A DNA stretch of 63,698 nucleotides, the filler included. It is 3 parts of 3 records of this genome, joined end to end, with 100 filler letters (N's around TTAATTAATTAA, not from the genome) between each part and the next. Parts side by side here need not be neighbours in the genome. Positions count along the whole stretch, not along the records: positions 38,841 to 63,698 come from SRR20825019_603; 2 more parts are not named here. One strand, written 5' to 3'. The notes beneath the pieces were generated by a model. The model was not told the DNA's origin and made no database searches. It saw only the letters and a program-made list of their open reading frames with translations. Below are positions 45,676 to 56,860 of this stretch, piece by piece; position 1 is the first letter of the stretch; the number at the start of each line of letters is the position of its first letter. The position numbers and the translations under genes were made by a program.

Positions 45676-47628
45676 TCAGTCAGGCTGAGGCCGGAACAGC
45701 GAGTCTTTCGTTGGCGGTCTTTCCGGGTCTGGCAGGCCCAGCTTCTTGCGCACACCGAGATTGATCTCCCACAGGCTCTGGAACTTCTCATCCGTGGCGG
45801 CTACAGCATCGGCCTTGCCAAGCATGATCGTCGGGCGCAGGAATACCAGCAGGTTGCGTTTCACCCGGCGCTCGGATTCGGAGGAAAACAGACGCCCCAA
45901 CACCGGGATGTCGCCCAGCAGGGGAACCTTACTCTTATTCACCTGCAAATCATCGGTTGTCAAACCACCCAGAACGATGGTTTCGCCATCATCTGCCAAG
46001 ACCGTAGTCTTGATTTCACGCTTGTTGGTAATGATATCGGAGGCGGACTCCACGCTGTCACCAATATTCTCGGTGGTCTGCTCCACCACCAACCGTACAA
46101 GACCATCGGCGCTGATAGTGGGTGTCACCTTCAGGGTGAGACCGATATCGCGACGCTCAATCGTGGTAAATGGGTTGGTTGTACCGTCACCTGTGACAGT
46201 GGACTGACCGGTACGGAAAGGTACGTTCTGGCCAACGATGATTTCGGATTCCTGGTTATCCAGGGTAATGATACTGGGAGTAGACAGCAGATTTGCCGCC
46301 GCCGAGGTCGACAGAGCCTGCAGCAGCACGCCCCAGGAAACGCCGTTTTCATTCCGCTGGCCTGCGCCAATGGTAATACCGCCGGTGGCCGGTGCAATCA
46401 CCGAATCAGAAAGGATCGCACCCAATACGTCGCCCAGGCTTCGGCCGACGTTGTTGAAGTTAGTGCCGGCTACTGGCGTAGACTCGCCGGATTCATCCCC
46501 CAGCGCCAACTGGACGCCCAGATCCTGCCCCAGTTCATCGCTGATTTCGACGATGGCCGCCTCAATCATTACCTGGGCACGACGAACATCCAGAGCCTTA
46601 ACGATCATTTCAGCTTCTTGCATCATCGACGGTTCACCGCGTACCACAAGTGCGTTCAGACCCTCGTCAGCGAACACTGAAAAGCTCGTATTACGCCCGC
46701 TTCCGGTACTGCCGCCAGCACCACCTGAGCCCCCAGTGGATTCCTTGGCCACCTCACCCATCACGCCCTTGAGAATCTCAGTAAGATTCTCCGCGTCCGC
46801 GTGGCTCAGGCGAATGACCTTGGTCGTACCGCCGGTGGCTGAGGGCTGGTCCAGCTTCCTGATCAGCTCCCTCATCTTGTCACGGAAGGTTTCATCCCCC
46901 CTGAGAATAAGCCGGTTGCTGCGCTCATCGGCCGTTACGCTGTACTTGCGGGCAGCGTTATCGCCACCACCCTGGCCCAATTCCGCCGGAGCCAGTTCCT
47001 GCAGCAACTCGACCATATCGCCCACCCAGGCCTCTTCGAGCTGGATCACCTCCACCTCGTATTTGGACGGACTGTCGAGCTCTCTCACAATCTGTTCGAT
47101 GCGCTGGATATTGGAAGAGTGGTCGCTGACGATCAGGGCGTTGGCGGCCGCCACCCCCGCCAGGTGGCCATACTTGGCCACGAGCGGGCGCAGGATGGGC
47201 ACCAGTTCGAGGGCATTGGCGTTATCGATCTGGATAACACGGGTAATCAGCTGCTCTGAGGGTACCTCCGTAAACCGCTCCAGCGACTCAGCGGATTGTT
47301 TGGCGTCCACCTGCTGAACCACCTTGATCACTTCCTCACCGGGAATGGCGGTGAAGCCATGCACCTGCAACACGGCCAGGAACAGGTCGTAAATCTCGTC
47401 CTTGTTCATGGGGGCACTGGACAGGACGGTCACCTTTCCCTTCACCCGTGGATCCACAACAAAGCTGTAGCCGGTGATATCGGCCACCTGGGTCACAAAG
47501 GCGCGAATGTCGGCGTCCTTGAGGTTCAGTCGCCAGGTCTCCGTTTCCTGCCCGTAAGCAACAGACATCAGGGGCATCAGCAGGGCCAGAACAAAGGCCC
47601 GGAATAATTTGGATCTGTGGTTAAGCAT
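45676..47628 (-). CDS. gspD: Type II secretion secretin
   Basis: N0 motif LKDADIRAF..VDPRVKGKV; secretin core QVMIEAAIVE and KVPLLGDIPVLGRLF. Confidence 0.95.
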   Translation of the reverse strand: MLNHRSKLFRAFVLALLMPLMSVAYGQETETWRLNLKDADIRAFVTQVADITGYSFVVDPRVKGKVTVLSSAPMNKDEIYDLFLAVLQVHGFTAIPGEEVIKVVQQVDAKQSAESLERFTEVPSEQLITRVIQIDNANALELVPILRPLVAKYGHLAGVAAANALIVSDHSSNIQRIEQIVRELDSPSKYEVEVIQLEEAWVGDMVELLQELAPAELGQGGGDNAARKYSVTADERSNRLILRGDETFRDKMRELIRKLDQPSATGGTTKVIRLSHADAENLTEILKGVMGEVAKESTGGSGGAGGSTGSGRNTSFSVFADEGLNALVVRGEPSMMQEAEMIVKALDVRRAQVMIEAAIVEISDELGQDLGVQLALGDESGESTPVAGTNFNNVGRSLGDVLGAILSDSVIAPATGGITIGAGQRNENGVSWGVLLQALSTSAAANLLSTPSIITLDNQESEIIVGQNVPFRTGQSTVTGDGTTNPFTTIERRDIGLTLKVTPTISADGLVRLVVEQTTENIGDSVESASDIITNKREIKTTVLADDGETIVLGGLTTDDLQVNKSKVPLLGDIPVLGRLFSSESERRVKRNLLVFLRPTIMLGKADAVAATDEKFQSLWEINLGVRKKLGLPDPERPPTKDSLFRPQPD

Positions 47629-47660
47629 CTGGCGTTATTGTCCTGTATCGTTAAATCCGT

Positions 47661-48521
47661 TCATCGCCACTGTTCAGGTATGGCATAGCTCACGGTCAGA
47701 ATGGATCCGTCCCGTTCAATTTCTATTTCCAATTGCGGCTCAGACCGCCAATTCTCAAAAAGCATCATATCCTGCTCAAGATCCCCCAGCCGCTGGCCAT
47801 TGACGGCAGTGATGACGTCACCGGCCCTGAGGTTGACAGCATTGAGCATGGCATTGGAACCATCGTACACATAACCGGACGTACCTCCCTCCCCGGTCGG
47901 GCTCAGCCCGTATGGTGCAAGCGCCGCAACTCCCTGGGAATCAAGCTGTTCCCGTGCTTCACTCAGGAACTGCTCCGGCGAAGACGCCGGTTCCGCCAAA
48001 TCTTCTTCCACGCCCTCAACCAGGCCAGTGGAAAGCTGTTCTTCAAACGTCAGGGTTTCGTATTGCCCATTCCTGCGAATCAGCACCCGGCCTGGTTCCA
48101 CTTCCGCCAGTTCGGCGTTACCGGGCAAGACCTCACCCACACGATAGTGCTCAGTTACTCCATTGCTTCCCGCAACTATAGCACCGGAGTCCTCCGGGCG
48201 CTCTGCCACCAGCACACCTTCAAGCCTGAGGTTGAGCCTGGTTTCCGGTGCCGACCGGCGTACCACTTCTGCGACACGGGTTTGTTCTTCCGCCCTGCCA
48301 AACACCTGATGGGCCGCCAGTGGCTGTAATCGGCCGCCACCTGAAGCGCTCGCGCGGCTGTCAGAGGCGGGTGCCATGGCCACCGGGCGGTCATCCCAGG
48401 CGATGAGCCAGGTTGTCTGCGCCAGTACCAGGGCAACATAAACCACGAGGCCCGCCAGTAACAAATTGGCCAGCAACCGGGGCAGTCGCCGGCTACCGAT
48501 AACAGCCGCCATTGCTGTCAC
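47661..48521 (-). CDS. gspC: Type II secretion protein C (TM-HR-PDZ)
   Basis: N-terminal TM, APETRLNLRLEGV HR domain, PDZ LRAGDVITAVNG; precedes gspD. Confidence 0.88.
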   Translation of the reverse strand: MTAMAAVIGSRRLPRLLANLLLAGLVVYVALVLAQTTWLIAWDDRPVAMAPASDSRASASGGGRLQPLAAHQVFGRAEEQTRVAEVVRRSAPETRLNLRLEGVLVAERPEDSGAIVAGSNGVTEHYRVGEVLPGNAELAEVEPGRVLIRRNGQYETLTFEEQLSTGLVEGVEEDLAEPASSPEQFLSEAREQLDSQGVAALAPYGLSPTGEGGTSGYVYDGSNAMLNAVNLRAGDVITAVNGQRLGDLEQDMMLFENWRSEPQLEIEIERDGSILTVSYAIPEQWR

Positions 48522-49312
48522 AGAGCACCTCCCGGAATCAAGGGCTGCTTGACCCTGAAGACGACATCACTGGGGTTAGCAGAATCTGGCCAGGGTTGGT
48601 CGGCCAGGTCGATCATGCGTTTATAGACTCGCAACTCCATCATACCGTTCCAGCGAATCTCGGCATCCGCCGCGGGGCCATCGCCGCCCTGCTCCGAGAT
48701 GACCAGCGCAACGCCATCGGCCGTACTGTCCATCGTCGCCAGCATGGGCGGGAAATCTGCCTGGCCAATATTATTCCCCATGGGCCAGGTAACCTGGCCT
48801 CCTGCCCAGCGGCCAACGCCGTCGGCCTGGGTCACGCGGTTGTCCTGCCACGACAACACCAATCGATCAATGGTGACGTCACCTTCGATGACGGCTCCAC
48901 CGCTGCGTCGGATCAGGTCCTCAAATTCAGCGACTGCCAGATGGCCACTGGCGTTGAGGGTGCCTGCCCCCTGCCATCCGAGACTAACATTGCCATCCAC
49001 GGAAGACTGTGACGACGACACTGAAAAATCGACGGGTAACGATAATCCAGAAACGGACGGCATGCCCAGCCGCCACTCAAGCCTCACAGGATAACCGGCG
49101 ACCACCACGCCGGCAGCACCTGACCAGACCCTGCCAGACACCTGACTGACCTGGACTTCCGGCGGAAGCGCAACATAGGCAGACGCCTGATGCCAAAGCC
49201 ATCCGGCCGGTACGAGAACCACCAGCGCCACCAGATAAACCAGCACACCGGCCAAGGTCAGCAGGAACACTTTGCCGGGTCTGAGAAAGGCTTTTGCTGG
49301 GGTTTCGCTCAT
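48518..49312 (-). CDS. gspN: Type II secretion protein N
   Basis: TM followed by PAGW and VSGRVWSG motif; overlaps the gspC start. Confidence 0.82.
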   Translation of the reverse strand: MSETPAKAFLRPGKVFLLTLAGVLVYLVALVVLVPAGWLWHQASAYVALPPEVQVSQVSGRVWSGAAGVVVAGYPVRLEWRLGMPSVSGLSLPVDFSVSSSQSSVDGNVSLGWQGAGTLNASGHLAVAEFEDLIRRSGGAVIEGDVTIDRLVLSWQDNRVTQADGVGRWAGGQVTWPMGNNIGQADFPPMLATMDSTADGVALVISEQGGDGPAADAEIRWNGMMELRVYKRMIDLADQPWPDSANPSDVVFRVKQPLIPGGAL

Positions 49313-49384
49313 ACAGTGTCACAAAGATAAATGGCCGGTTGCCGAGTCTAGCAAAGCCATTTCGCAAGTTCATGACAAAAAAAC

Positions 49385-49422
49385 AAAAAACCCCGCATCG
49401 GTGTGAACCAATGCGGGGTTTT
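49385..49422 (-). terminator. Rho-independent terminator after groEL
   Basis: AAAACCCCGCAT...ATGCGGGGTTTT stem, with a U-tract on the minus strand. Confidence 0.85.
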
Positions 49423-49478
49423 CCGGGTTTATGGGGCCATTCCTCAGAAATTGAGAATTGGTCCGGGTCCGGTCGGCA

Positions 49479-51149
<1,671 letters not shown>

Positions 51150-51196
51150 TTAAACCCAATTCAATCGTTCAATCGGATTGCTGCGTAACCGAGCGT

Positions 51197-51484
51197 TTAC
51201 TCGAGAACGCCGAAAATGTCGTTTTCGCTCATGATGAGCAGGTCTTCGCCGTCAACCTTTACGGTGTTACCGGCGTACTGGCCAAAGACCACGGTGTCAC
51301 CCACCTTTACCGCCAGCGCACGGGTTTCGCCATTGTCGAGAATACGGCCATTTCCTACGGCGATAACTTCACCCTGGGACGGCTTCTCTTTGGCATTACC
51401 CGGCAGTACGATGCCACCAGCTGTTTTCTCTTCTTCTTCCTTACGGCGCACGACAACACGATCGTGTAGCGGACGAATTTTCAT
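51197..51484 (-). CDS. groS: Co-chaperonin GroES
   Basis: [10 protein letters not shown]...TAGGIVLP. Confidence 0.99.
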   Translation of the reverse strand: MKIRPLHDRVVVRRKEEEEKTAGGIVLPGNAKEKPSQGEVIAVGNGRILDNGETRALAVKVGDTVVFGQYAGNTVKVDGEDLLIMSENDIFGVLE

Positions 51485-51599
51485 TGCTCGATATCTCCAA
51501 TGTCAGGTTAGGTTTGGCAATGATGGTTGCGTTAAAAGCCGGGGCTTTTAACCAACTGTTTTACAGCGGTTATTAGCCCGCAGCGAACTTGTGAGATCT

Positions 51600-51626
51600 A
51601 TGTGGGGGTGGCCGATGCGTTTTCAA
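51600..51626 (-). promoter_or_regulatory. Sigma32 (RpoH) promoter of groESL
   Basis: Minus strand reads TTGAAA-N13-CCCCACAT. Confidence 0.75.
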
Positions 51627-51647
51627 CACTTCCCCCGAAAAATTTTT

Positions 51648-52235
51648 TCAGTTTTTTTTCGGACCGCCATCGCCGTGATCACTATCTTCTCGGCCATCGG
51701 TATTCCGGTTCAGGCGATCATAGTCGCGCTCGGTTTCGTCGCGGTATTCCCCTTCAATAATGTCATCGTTCCTGTCGAAAGGATTTTGACGCCCGAACGG
51801 CCCTTCGCGGCCGCCAAAGGGCCCCTGCCCCTGGAAAGGCCCCTGCTGGCCTGCGGTAAATGTGAAGCTGCCGGACTGACCGGCCACCACCATCCGCTTC
51901 AGGGCCTGGGCGGCGAACCAGTGGCGGGTGCCCGGAATCAGGCAAAGGAAGCCAATGGTGTCGGTAACGAATCCCGGCGTCAGCAGCAGGGCGCCGCCCA
52001 CGGCCAGAATCAGGCCTTCCGCCACTTCCTTCGCTGGCAACTCGCCACTATTGAGCCTCTGATTGGCTTTCAACAAGGTGGCGAGCCCTTGCTGCCTCAG
52101 CAGCGCGGCACCAATGATGGCCGTCAAGAGGACAAGGCCAATGGTATTCAGGGCGCCAATCATGGTGCCAACTTTGATCAATATCGTCATTTCGACGATG
52201 GGCATGACAATGAACAAAAACAGAAAAATGCCCAA
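51648..52235 (-). CDS. fxsA: FxsA family membrane protein
   Basis: GGALLLTPGFVTD motif and IEGEY tail; typical position upstream of groES. Confidence 0.9.
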   Translation of the reverse strand: MGIFLFLFIVMPIVEMTILIKVGTMIGALNTIGLVLLTAIIGAALLRQQGLATLLKANQRLNSGELPAKEVAEGLILAVGGALLLTPGFVTDTIGFLCLIPGTRHWFAAQALKRMVVAGQSGSFTFTAGQQGPFQGQGPFGGREGPFGRQNPFDRNDDIIEGEYRDETERDYDRLNRNTDGREDSDHGDGGPKKN

Positions 52236-52332
52236 GGGAGCCTCCGTGGATGAGCGTTGGTCTGGTTGCTGCGACCGTAAAAACCTCTGATATACTCGCC
52301 GCTTCCGCTAATGCTTAACCTTAGGGCAAAAC

Positions 52333-53094
52333 ATGAAACTTCAAGATTCCGTGATCGCAATTACTGGCGGCGGCCAGGGTTTGGGCCGAGCCATGGCTGA
52401 GTATCTGGCAGCCAAAGGGGCTCGTCTGGCGCTGATTGATCTGATGCCGGAGAAGCTGGAAGAGGCAGCAGCCGCCTGTAAGAAAGCCGGTGGCGATGCC
52501 AGAACCTATATCTGCAATGTCGCCAAGGAAGACGATGTCGAGAAGACATTTGAGGCTATCGTAGCGGATTTTGGTCAGCTTAACGGGTTGATTAACAACG
52601 CTGGCATCCTTCGGGATGGGCTGATGGTGAAGGTTAAGGACGGCCAGGTTGAGAAGCGCATGGAGCTGTCGCAGTGGCAGTCGGTGATTGATGTGAATCT
52701 GACGGGGGTTTTCCTGTGCGGCCGTGAGGCGTCTACGCAGATGATCAAGAATGGCGATCAGGGTGCGATTATCAACATTGCGTCGATTTCCCGTGCGGGG
52801 AATATGGGCCAGAGCAATTATTCTGCCGCCAAGGCGGGGGTTTCGGCGTTGGTGCCGGTGTGGGCCAAGGAGCTTGCGCGTTATGGCATTCGGTGCATGG
52901 GTATTGCGCCTGGCTTTATCGAGACTGAGATGACGGCTTCGATGAAACCGGAAGCCCTTGAGAAGATGACCGCTGGTATTCCCCTGAAGCGTATGGGTAA
53001 GCCGGAGGAAATTGCGTCTGCGGCGGCGTTTATTTTTGAGAATGACTATATGTCGGGGCGGATGATTGAGGTTGATGGGGCGCTTCGGCTGTAG
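52333..53094 (+). CDS. FabG-like short-chain dehydrogenase/reductase
   Basis: TGGGQGLG, NNAG, YSAAK. Confidence 0.92.
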   Translation: MKLQDSVIAITGGGQGLGRAMAEYLAAKGARLALIDLMPEKLEEAAAACKKAGGDARTYICNVAKEDDVEKTFEAIVADFGQLNGLINNAGILRDGLMVKVKDGQVEKRMELSQWQSVIDVNLTGVFLCGREASTQMIKNGDQGAIINIASISRAGNMGQSNYSAAKAGVSALVPVWAKELARYGIRCMGIAPGFIETEMTASMKPEALEKMTAGIPLKRMGKPEEIASAAAFIFENDYMSGRMIEVDGALRL

Positions 53095-53148
53095 GTTTTG
53101 AGCTTTGCCCCTCTCTGCTACCTAGCCTGAAGGGTTTGGGGGCTGGCT

Positions 53149-53234
53149 AGGGGGTGGTGCCAAACTTTTCTTGGAAAAAGAACTCGCTTTGCTCGGACAT
53201 CTTTTTCTGGCAGAAAAATTTGGCACCACCCCCT
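53149..53234. repeat. 86-bp palindromic element with a perfect 16-bp terminal inverted repeat
   Basis: AGGGGGTGGTGCCAAA (53149-53164) pairs with TTTGGCACCACCCCCT (53219-53234), with further inner stems; lies between convergent genes. Confidence 0.8.
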
Positions 53235-53270
53235 GCCCGACTGTACTCCGATGTATATCAACCCAATAAA

Positions 53271-53582
53271 CTACGGGCGCCAGCCGAACTGCTTCATTGA
53301 TATTCGTCCATCTACAACGACGACTCCTTCCTCCCGCAAGCTCTGGGCTTGCGTCTCAAAAGCCTCGCTGCCGATGGGGAAGGCGATCTGGCCATTGCTT
53401 CTGATCACGCGATACCAGGGAATGGCGTGCCCTTCTGGGAGTTTTCCCAAAGCTTTACCGATGTACCGGGCCTGCCGGCCCAGGCCGGCCATATCTGCGA
53501 TCTGGCCGTAGCTGGCTACGCAGCCAGAGGGGATAGCGGCGACAACCTGCCAGATTTTCTGGTCTTTGGTCGGTTCGGTCAT
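53271..53582 (-). CDS. atl: Alkyltransferase-like protein (ATL/YbaZ, MGMT family, non-catalytic)
   Basis: IPSGCVASYGQIA and PWYRV, with Trp in place of the catalytic Cys of PCHRV. Confidence 0.85.
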   Translation of the reverse strand: MTEPTKDQKIWQVVAAIPSGCVASYGQIADMAGLGRQARYIGKALGKLPEGHAIPWYRVIRSNGQIAFPIGSEAFETQAQSLREEGVVVVDGRISMKQFGWRP

Positions 53583-54964
53583 GACGACTCAACAGCTTCG
53601 TTCCGCGGTGCCAGGGCGTCCAGGCGTTCGCCTTTGCGCATCATGTATATGGCCAGCAGTATGGCGGGAACGCCCATTATGCCGGCAACCAGGAAGAATT
53701 CTGCGTAACCGAATCCGGCCACGACGATGCCGGAGAAGCCGCCGATGAATTTTCCGGGCAGTGTCATCAGGGAGCTGAACAGGGCGTACTGGGTAGCGGT
53801 GAAGGCCGCGCTGGTCATGCTGGACAGCCAGGCTATCAATGCCACATTGGCGATGCCGCCACTGAGATTGTCGGCACTGACCACCAGTGCAAGGGTGACA
53901 ATGTTGGGCGGGTATTGTGCCAGAACGACGAACAGCAGGTTGGTGGCGGCGGTCATGATGGCGCCGGCCAGCAGGATGCGACGTACGCCGTACCGTACTA
54001 CGAGTACACCACCCACCAGAGAGCCGGCGATGGTCATGAAGAAGCCGAAGATTTTGGTGACGTCGGCCACCTGGGTTTTCGAGAAGCCCATGAAATCCAG
54101 ATAGAAGGGGTTTGCCATAACCCCCATGGCGATGTCGGAGATGCGATACACAGCGACCATCACCAGGATCAGGATGGCGAGTTCCTTGTAGCGACGGAAG
54201 AAGTCCAGGAAGGGCCCAGCAATGGCAGCGTAGAACCATCCGATGAATCGAGCCAGGCGGGGGTTGAGGTGGGTGCGCTTACTCGCCTCATGCTCAATTT
54301 TGTCGGCGATGTCCTGGGCGGCGGCGTAGTGATTGACCCTGGGTTCCCGCACGATGAGTACCGTCACCATGCCTACTCCAACAAGCAGCGCCATCACTTC
54401 GTAAGACACCTGCCAGGACCAGAACTCCGCAAGATACAAGGCCCCGGCCCCGGCGACCAGCAAAGCCAGCCGGTAGCCGAAGATATAGGTGGCCGCCAGT
54501 GCCGCCTGCAACCGCTCTTCCGCCACTTCAATCCGGTAGGCATCAATCGCCACGTCCTGGGTGGCGGACGAGAAAGCCACCAGCAAACCGCAGAACGCCA
54601 TCATCTCCGGTGCCACGGTGGCGTCCACGTGGGCCATGAGGTACAGGCCCGTTGCGATGCCCGCCTGAGCCAATAATATCCAACTCCGGCGCTTGCCCAG
54701 CAGCCTGTCGAGAAACGGCAGTTTCAACCGGTCCACCACCGGCGCCCAGAACACCTTGATGGAATAGGTTATGCCCAGCCAACTGAAAAAACCGATGGTG
54801 GCCGTTTCCACCCCGACATCCGCCAGCCTTGCGTTCAGGGTGGAGAACACCAGCAGGAACGGCAGGCCGGCCGAAAACCCCAGAAACAGGAGCGCAATGA
54901 CCTGCCAACGAGTGTAGGTGTGGAGGGTTTCCTTAAGTAACGCCAGGGTGTTGCCGGATAAAAT
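53579..54964 (-). CDS. ampG: AmpG muropeptide MFS permease (start non-canonical, tentatively ATT at 54964)
   Basis: LFLGFSAGLP, KVFWAPVVD, SATQDVAIDAYRIE, FTATQYALFSSL. The conserved first motif lies upstream of the first GTG. Confidence 0.88.
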   Translation of the reverse strand: MLSGNTLALLKETLHTYTRWQVIALLFLGFSAGLPFLLVFSTLNARLADVGVETATIGFFSWLGITYSIKVFWAPVVDRLKLPFLDRLLGKRRSWILLAQAGIATGLYLMAHVDATVAPEMMAFCGLLVAFSSATQDVAIDAYRIEVAEERLQAALAATYIFGYRLALLVAGAGALYLAEFWSWQVSYEVMALLVGVGMVTVLIVREPRVNHYAAAQDIADKIEHEASKRTHLNPRLARFIGWFYAAIAGPFLDFFRRYKELAILILVMVAVYRISDIAMGVMANPFYLDFMGFSKTQVADVTKIFGFFMTIAGSLVGGVLVVRYGVRRILLAGAIMTAATNLLFVVLAQYPPNIVTLALVVSADNLSGGIANVALIAWLSSMTSAAFTATQYALFSSLMTLPGKFIGGFSGIVVAGFGYAEFFLVAGIMGVPAILLAIYMMRKGERLDALAPRNEAVESS

Positions 54965-54979
54965 GGTGTGGCTCCCGGT

Positions 54980-55462
54980 TCAGTCGCGGAAATTATTGAA
55001 CTGCAGTGGAATATCCAGCTCGGCTTCCTTTAACAGCGCAATCGCCGTTTGCAGGTCATCACGTTTTTTCCCTTTCACCCGCACTTTGTCACCTTCGATG
55101 CTGGCCTGGACCTTGAGCTTGCCGTCCTTGATCATCTTGACGATCTTCTTGGCCATGTCGGTTTCGATTCCCTGCTTCAATTGCAGGTGCTGTTTGACCA
55201 GCTTGCCGGCTTTACTTTCGCCGTCTTCGGATAGCGCCCGGGAATCGATATTGCGCTTGGCGAAGGCCATGCGCAGCATGTCCATCAACTGCTCCAACTG
55301 GAATTCCTGTTCGGCGCTGATGGTGATGCCTTTGTCGTCCAGTTCGATGTCCGCGTCCACGTTCTTGAAGTCCCAGCGATTGCCCAGCTCGCGCTTGGCC
55401 TGGTCCACGGCGTTGGTGACTTCGTGCATGTCGATTTCAGAAACGATGTCAAAAGAAGGCAT
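54980..55462 (-). CDS. yajQ: YajQ family nucleotide/c-di-GMP-binding protein
   Basis: MPSFDIVSE...[21 protein letters not shown]...LQFNNFRD. Confidence 0.96.
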   Translation of the reverse strand: MPSFDIVSEIDMHEVTNAVDQAKRELGNRWDFKNVDADIELDDKGITISAEQEFQLEQLMDMLRMAFAKRNIDSRALSEDGESKAGKLVKQHLQLKQGIETDMAKKIVKMIKDGKLKVQASIEGDKVRVKGKKRDDLQTAIALLKEAELDIPLQFNNFRD

Positions 55463-55608
55463 GATGTGTTCTCACTTTTTACAATTATCCACGTCAGGGC
55501 ACGTACAAAACGCTATACTGGTGCCCTTCTGGTTGCGCAAGGTGCCAAAGCATACCAAGACCGGGCCGGCACCGCATCTGACAATGGACTGGTGAGTAGT
55601 AGTTAACA

Positions 55609-56577
55609 ATGCCAAATCTTGATCTTCCCATCCTCGTGGTAGACGATGCCAAATTCAGCAGTATGGTGGTGGGCCGAACCCTCCGCAATGCAGGCTACCG
55701 CGACGTGCGAATCGCCAACAATGCCCCTGCCGCGCTTGAGTTTATTGACCAACGCCCGGTCAGTGTGTTGATTGCCGACTGGTTGATGCCGGAGATGGAC
55801 GGGCTGGAGCTGACCGATCAGGTCCGCCAGCAGGATGAGCAGAACAACCACTACACCTACGTGATCCTGCTCACCGCCCGGGAGAGTGTGGAGGCCCTGT
55901 CAGAAGCATTCGACCGGGGCGTCGACGATTTCATCTATAAATCGGACATGACCAAGCAGCTGATTCCAAGGATTTTCGCGGCCGACCGCATGGCAGACCG
56001 CCAGAACACCCTGCTGCGCGCCAATTCCCTGTTGATCGAGAACAACCGCGAACTGGAAAGCAGCAACATCATTGATCTTGAAACGGGCCTCTGCAACAAC
56101 CGTTATGCCCGGAATAAGCTGGGCAAATGCCTGCGGCAGGCGGAATCCCGAGGCGGTGCTTCTGCCTATGTGCTGTGCGGCATTCGCAACTGGCAGGAAC
56201 TCAAGCGTAAGCACGCTCCCTCGGTGATGAGTGAGCTGGCCGTTGGCATCGCCCGCCGCCTGAGCCACCTGATCCGGCCCATGGACTCCCTGTGCCGCGT
56301 GGGCGACAACCAGTACGCGATTATCGCTCACTTCCCAAACAGCGATCATTGCTCCACAACAGCTTTTCGCCGCGTATTCGACGGCATTAACCACAAAGCT
56401 CTGAAAACCACGGCGGGTTACATCTCGGTTGAGGCAGGCATGGTGCTTTGCAGGGCGGATGCCCAAAACGGCACCCCCTCGGTTCAGGAGATGGAGCGTG
56501 CAGCAGTTCAAGGCTTGGTAGATGCCTATGAGACCCGGCGGTTTACCGAGACCAGGCCAGAGCTTGAGAAAGCCTGA
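55609..56577 (+). CDS. Response regulator: REC + degenerate GGDEF domain
   Basis: VVDD, ADWLMPEMDG, LLTA; C-terminal DLETGLCN and RVGDNQY in place of RxGGDEF. Confidence 0.85.
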   Translation: MPNLDLPILVVDDAKFSSMVVGRTLRNAGYRDVRIANNAPAALEFIDQRPVSVLIADWLMPEMDGLELTDQVRQQDEQNNHYTYVILLTARESVEALSEAFDRGVDDFIYKSDMTKQLIPRIFAADRMADRQNTLLRANSLLIENNRELESSNIIDLETGLCNNRYARNKLGKCLRQAESRGGASAYVLCGIRNWQELKRKHAPSVMSELAVGIARRLSHLIRPMDSLCRVGDNQYAIIAHFPNSDHCSTTAFRRVFDGINHKALKTTAGYISVEAGMVLCRADAQNGTPSVQEMERAAVQGLVDAYETRRFTETRPELEKA

Positions 56578-56860
56578 AGGAAGAGTGTCGGATTACGCTA
56601 CGTAACACTGCGACACACATCACAAACAGACTTCCATGAGCGAAAGCCCTATTCTGAAATTGTGGATTTAAGCAGTATCCCCCATGGCGGAGGAGCCGAG
56701 TAGTACCTCCGCCGCCAAATGGGGAAAGTCCGCAGAATTAACGAATTTTTCAGGCACTTTCGTTCTTTCCTTGTTTTTAAGCCAGCTTCTTAGCTGGCTT
56801 TTTTCTTTTCTGCTTCCGTTATACTGATGGCAACAATAACCCCAAGACGTTGCCGTAATC

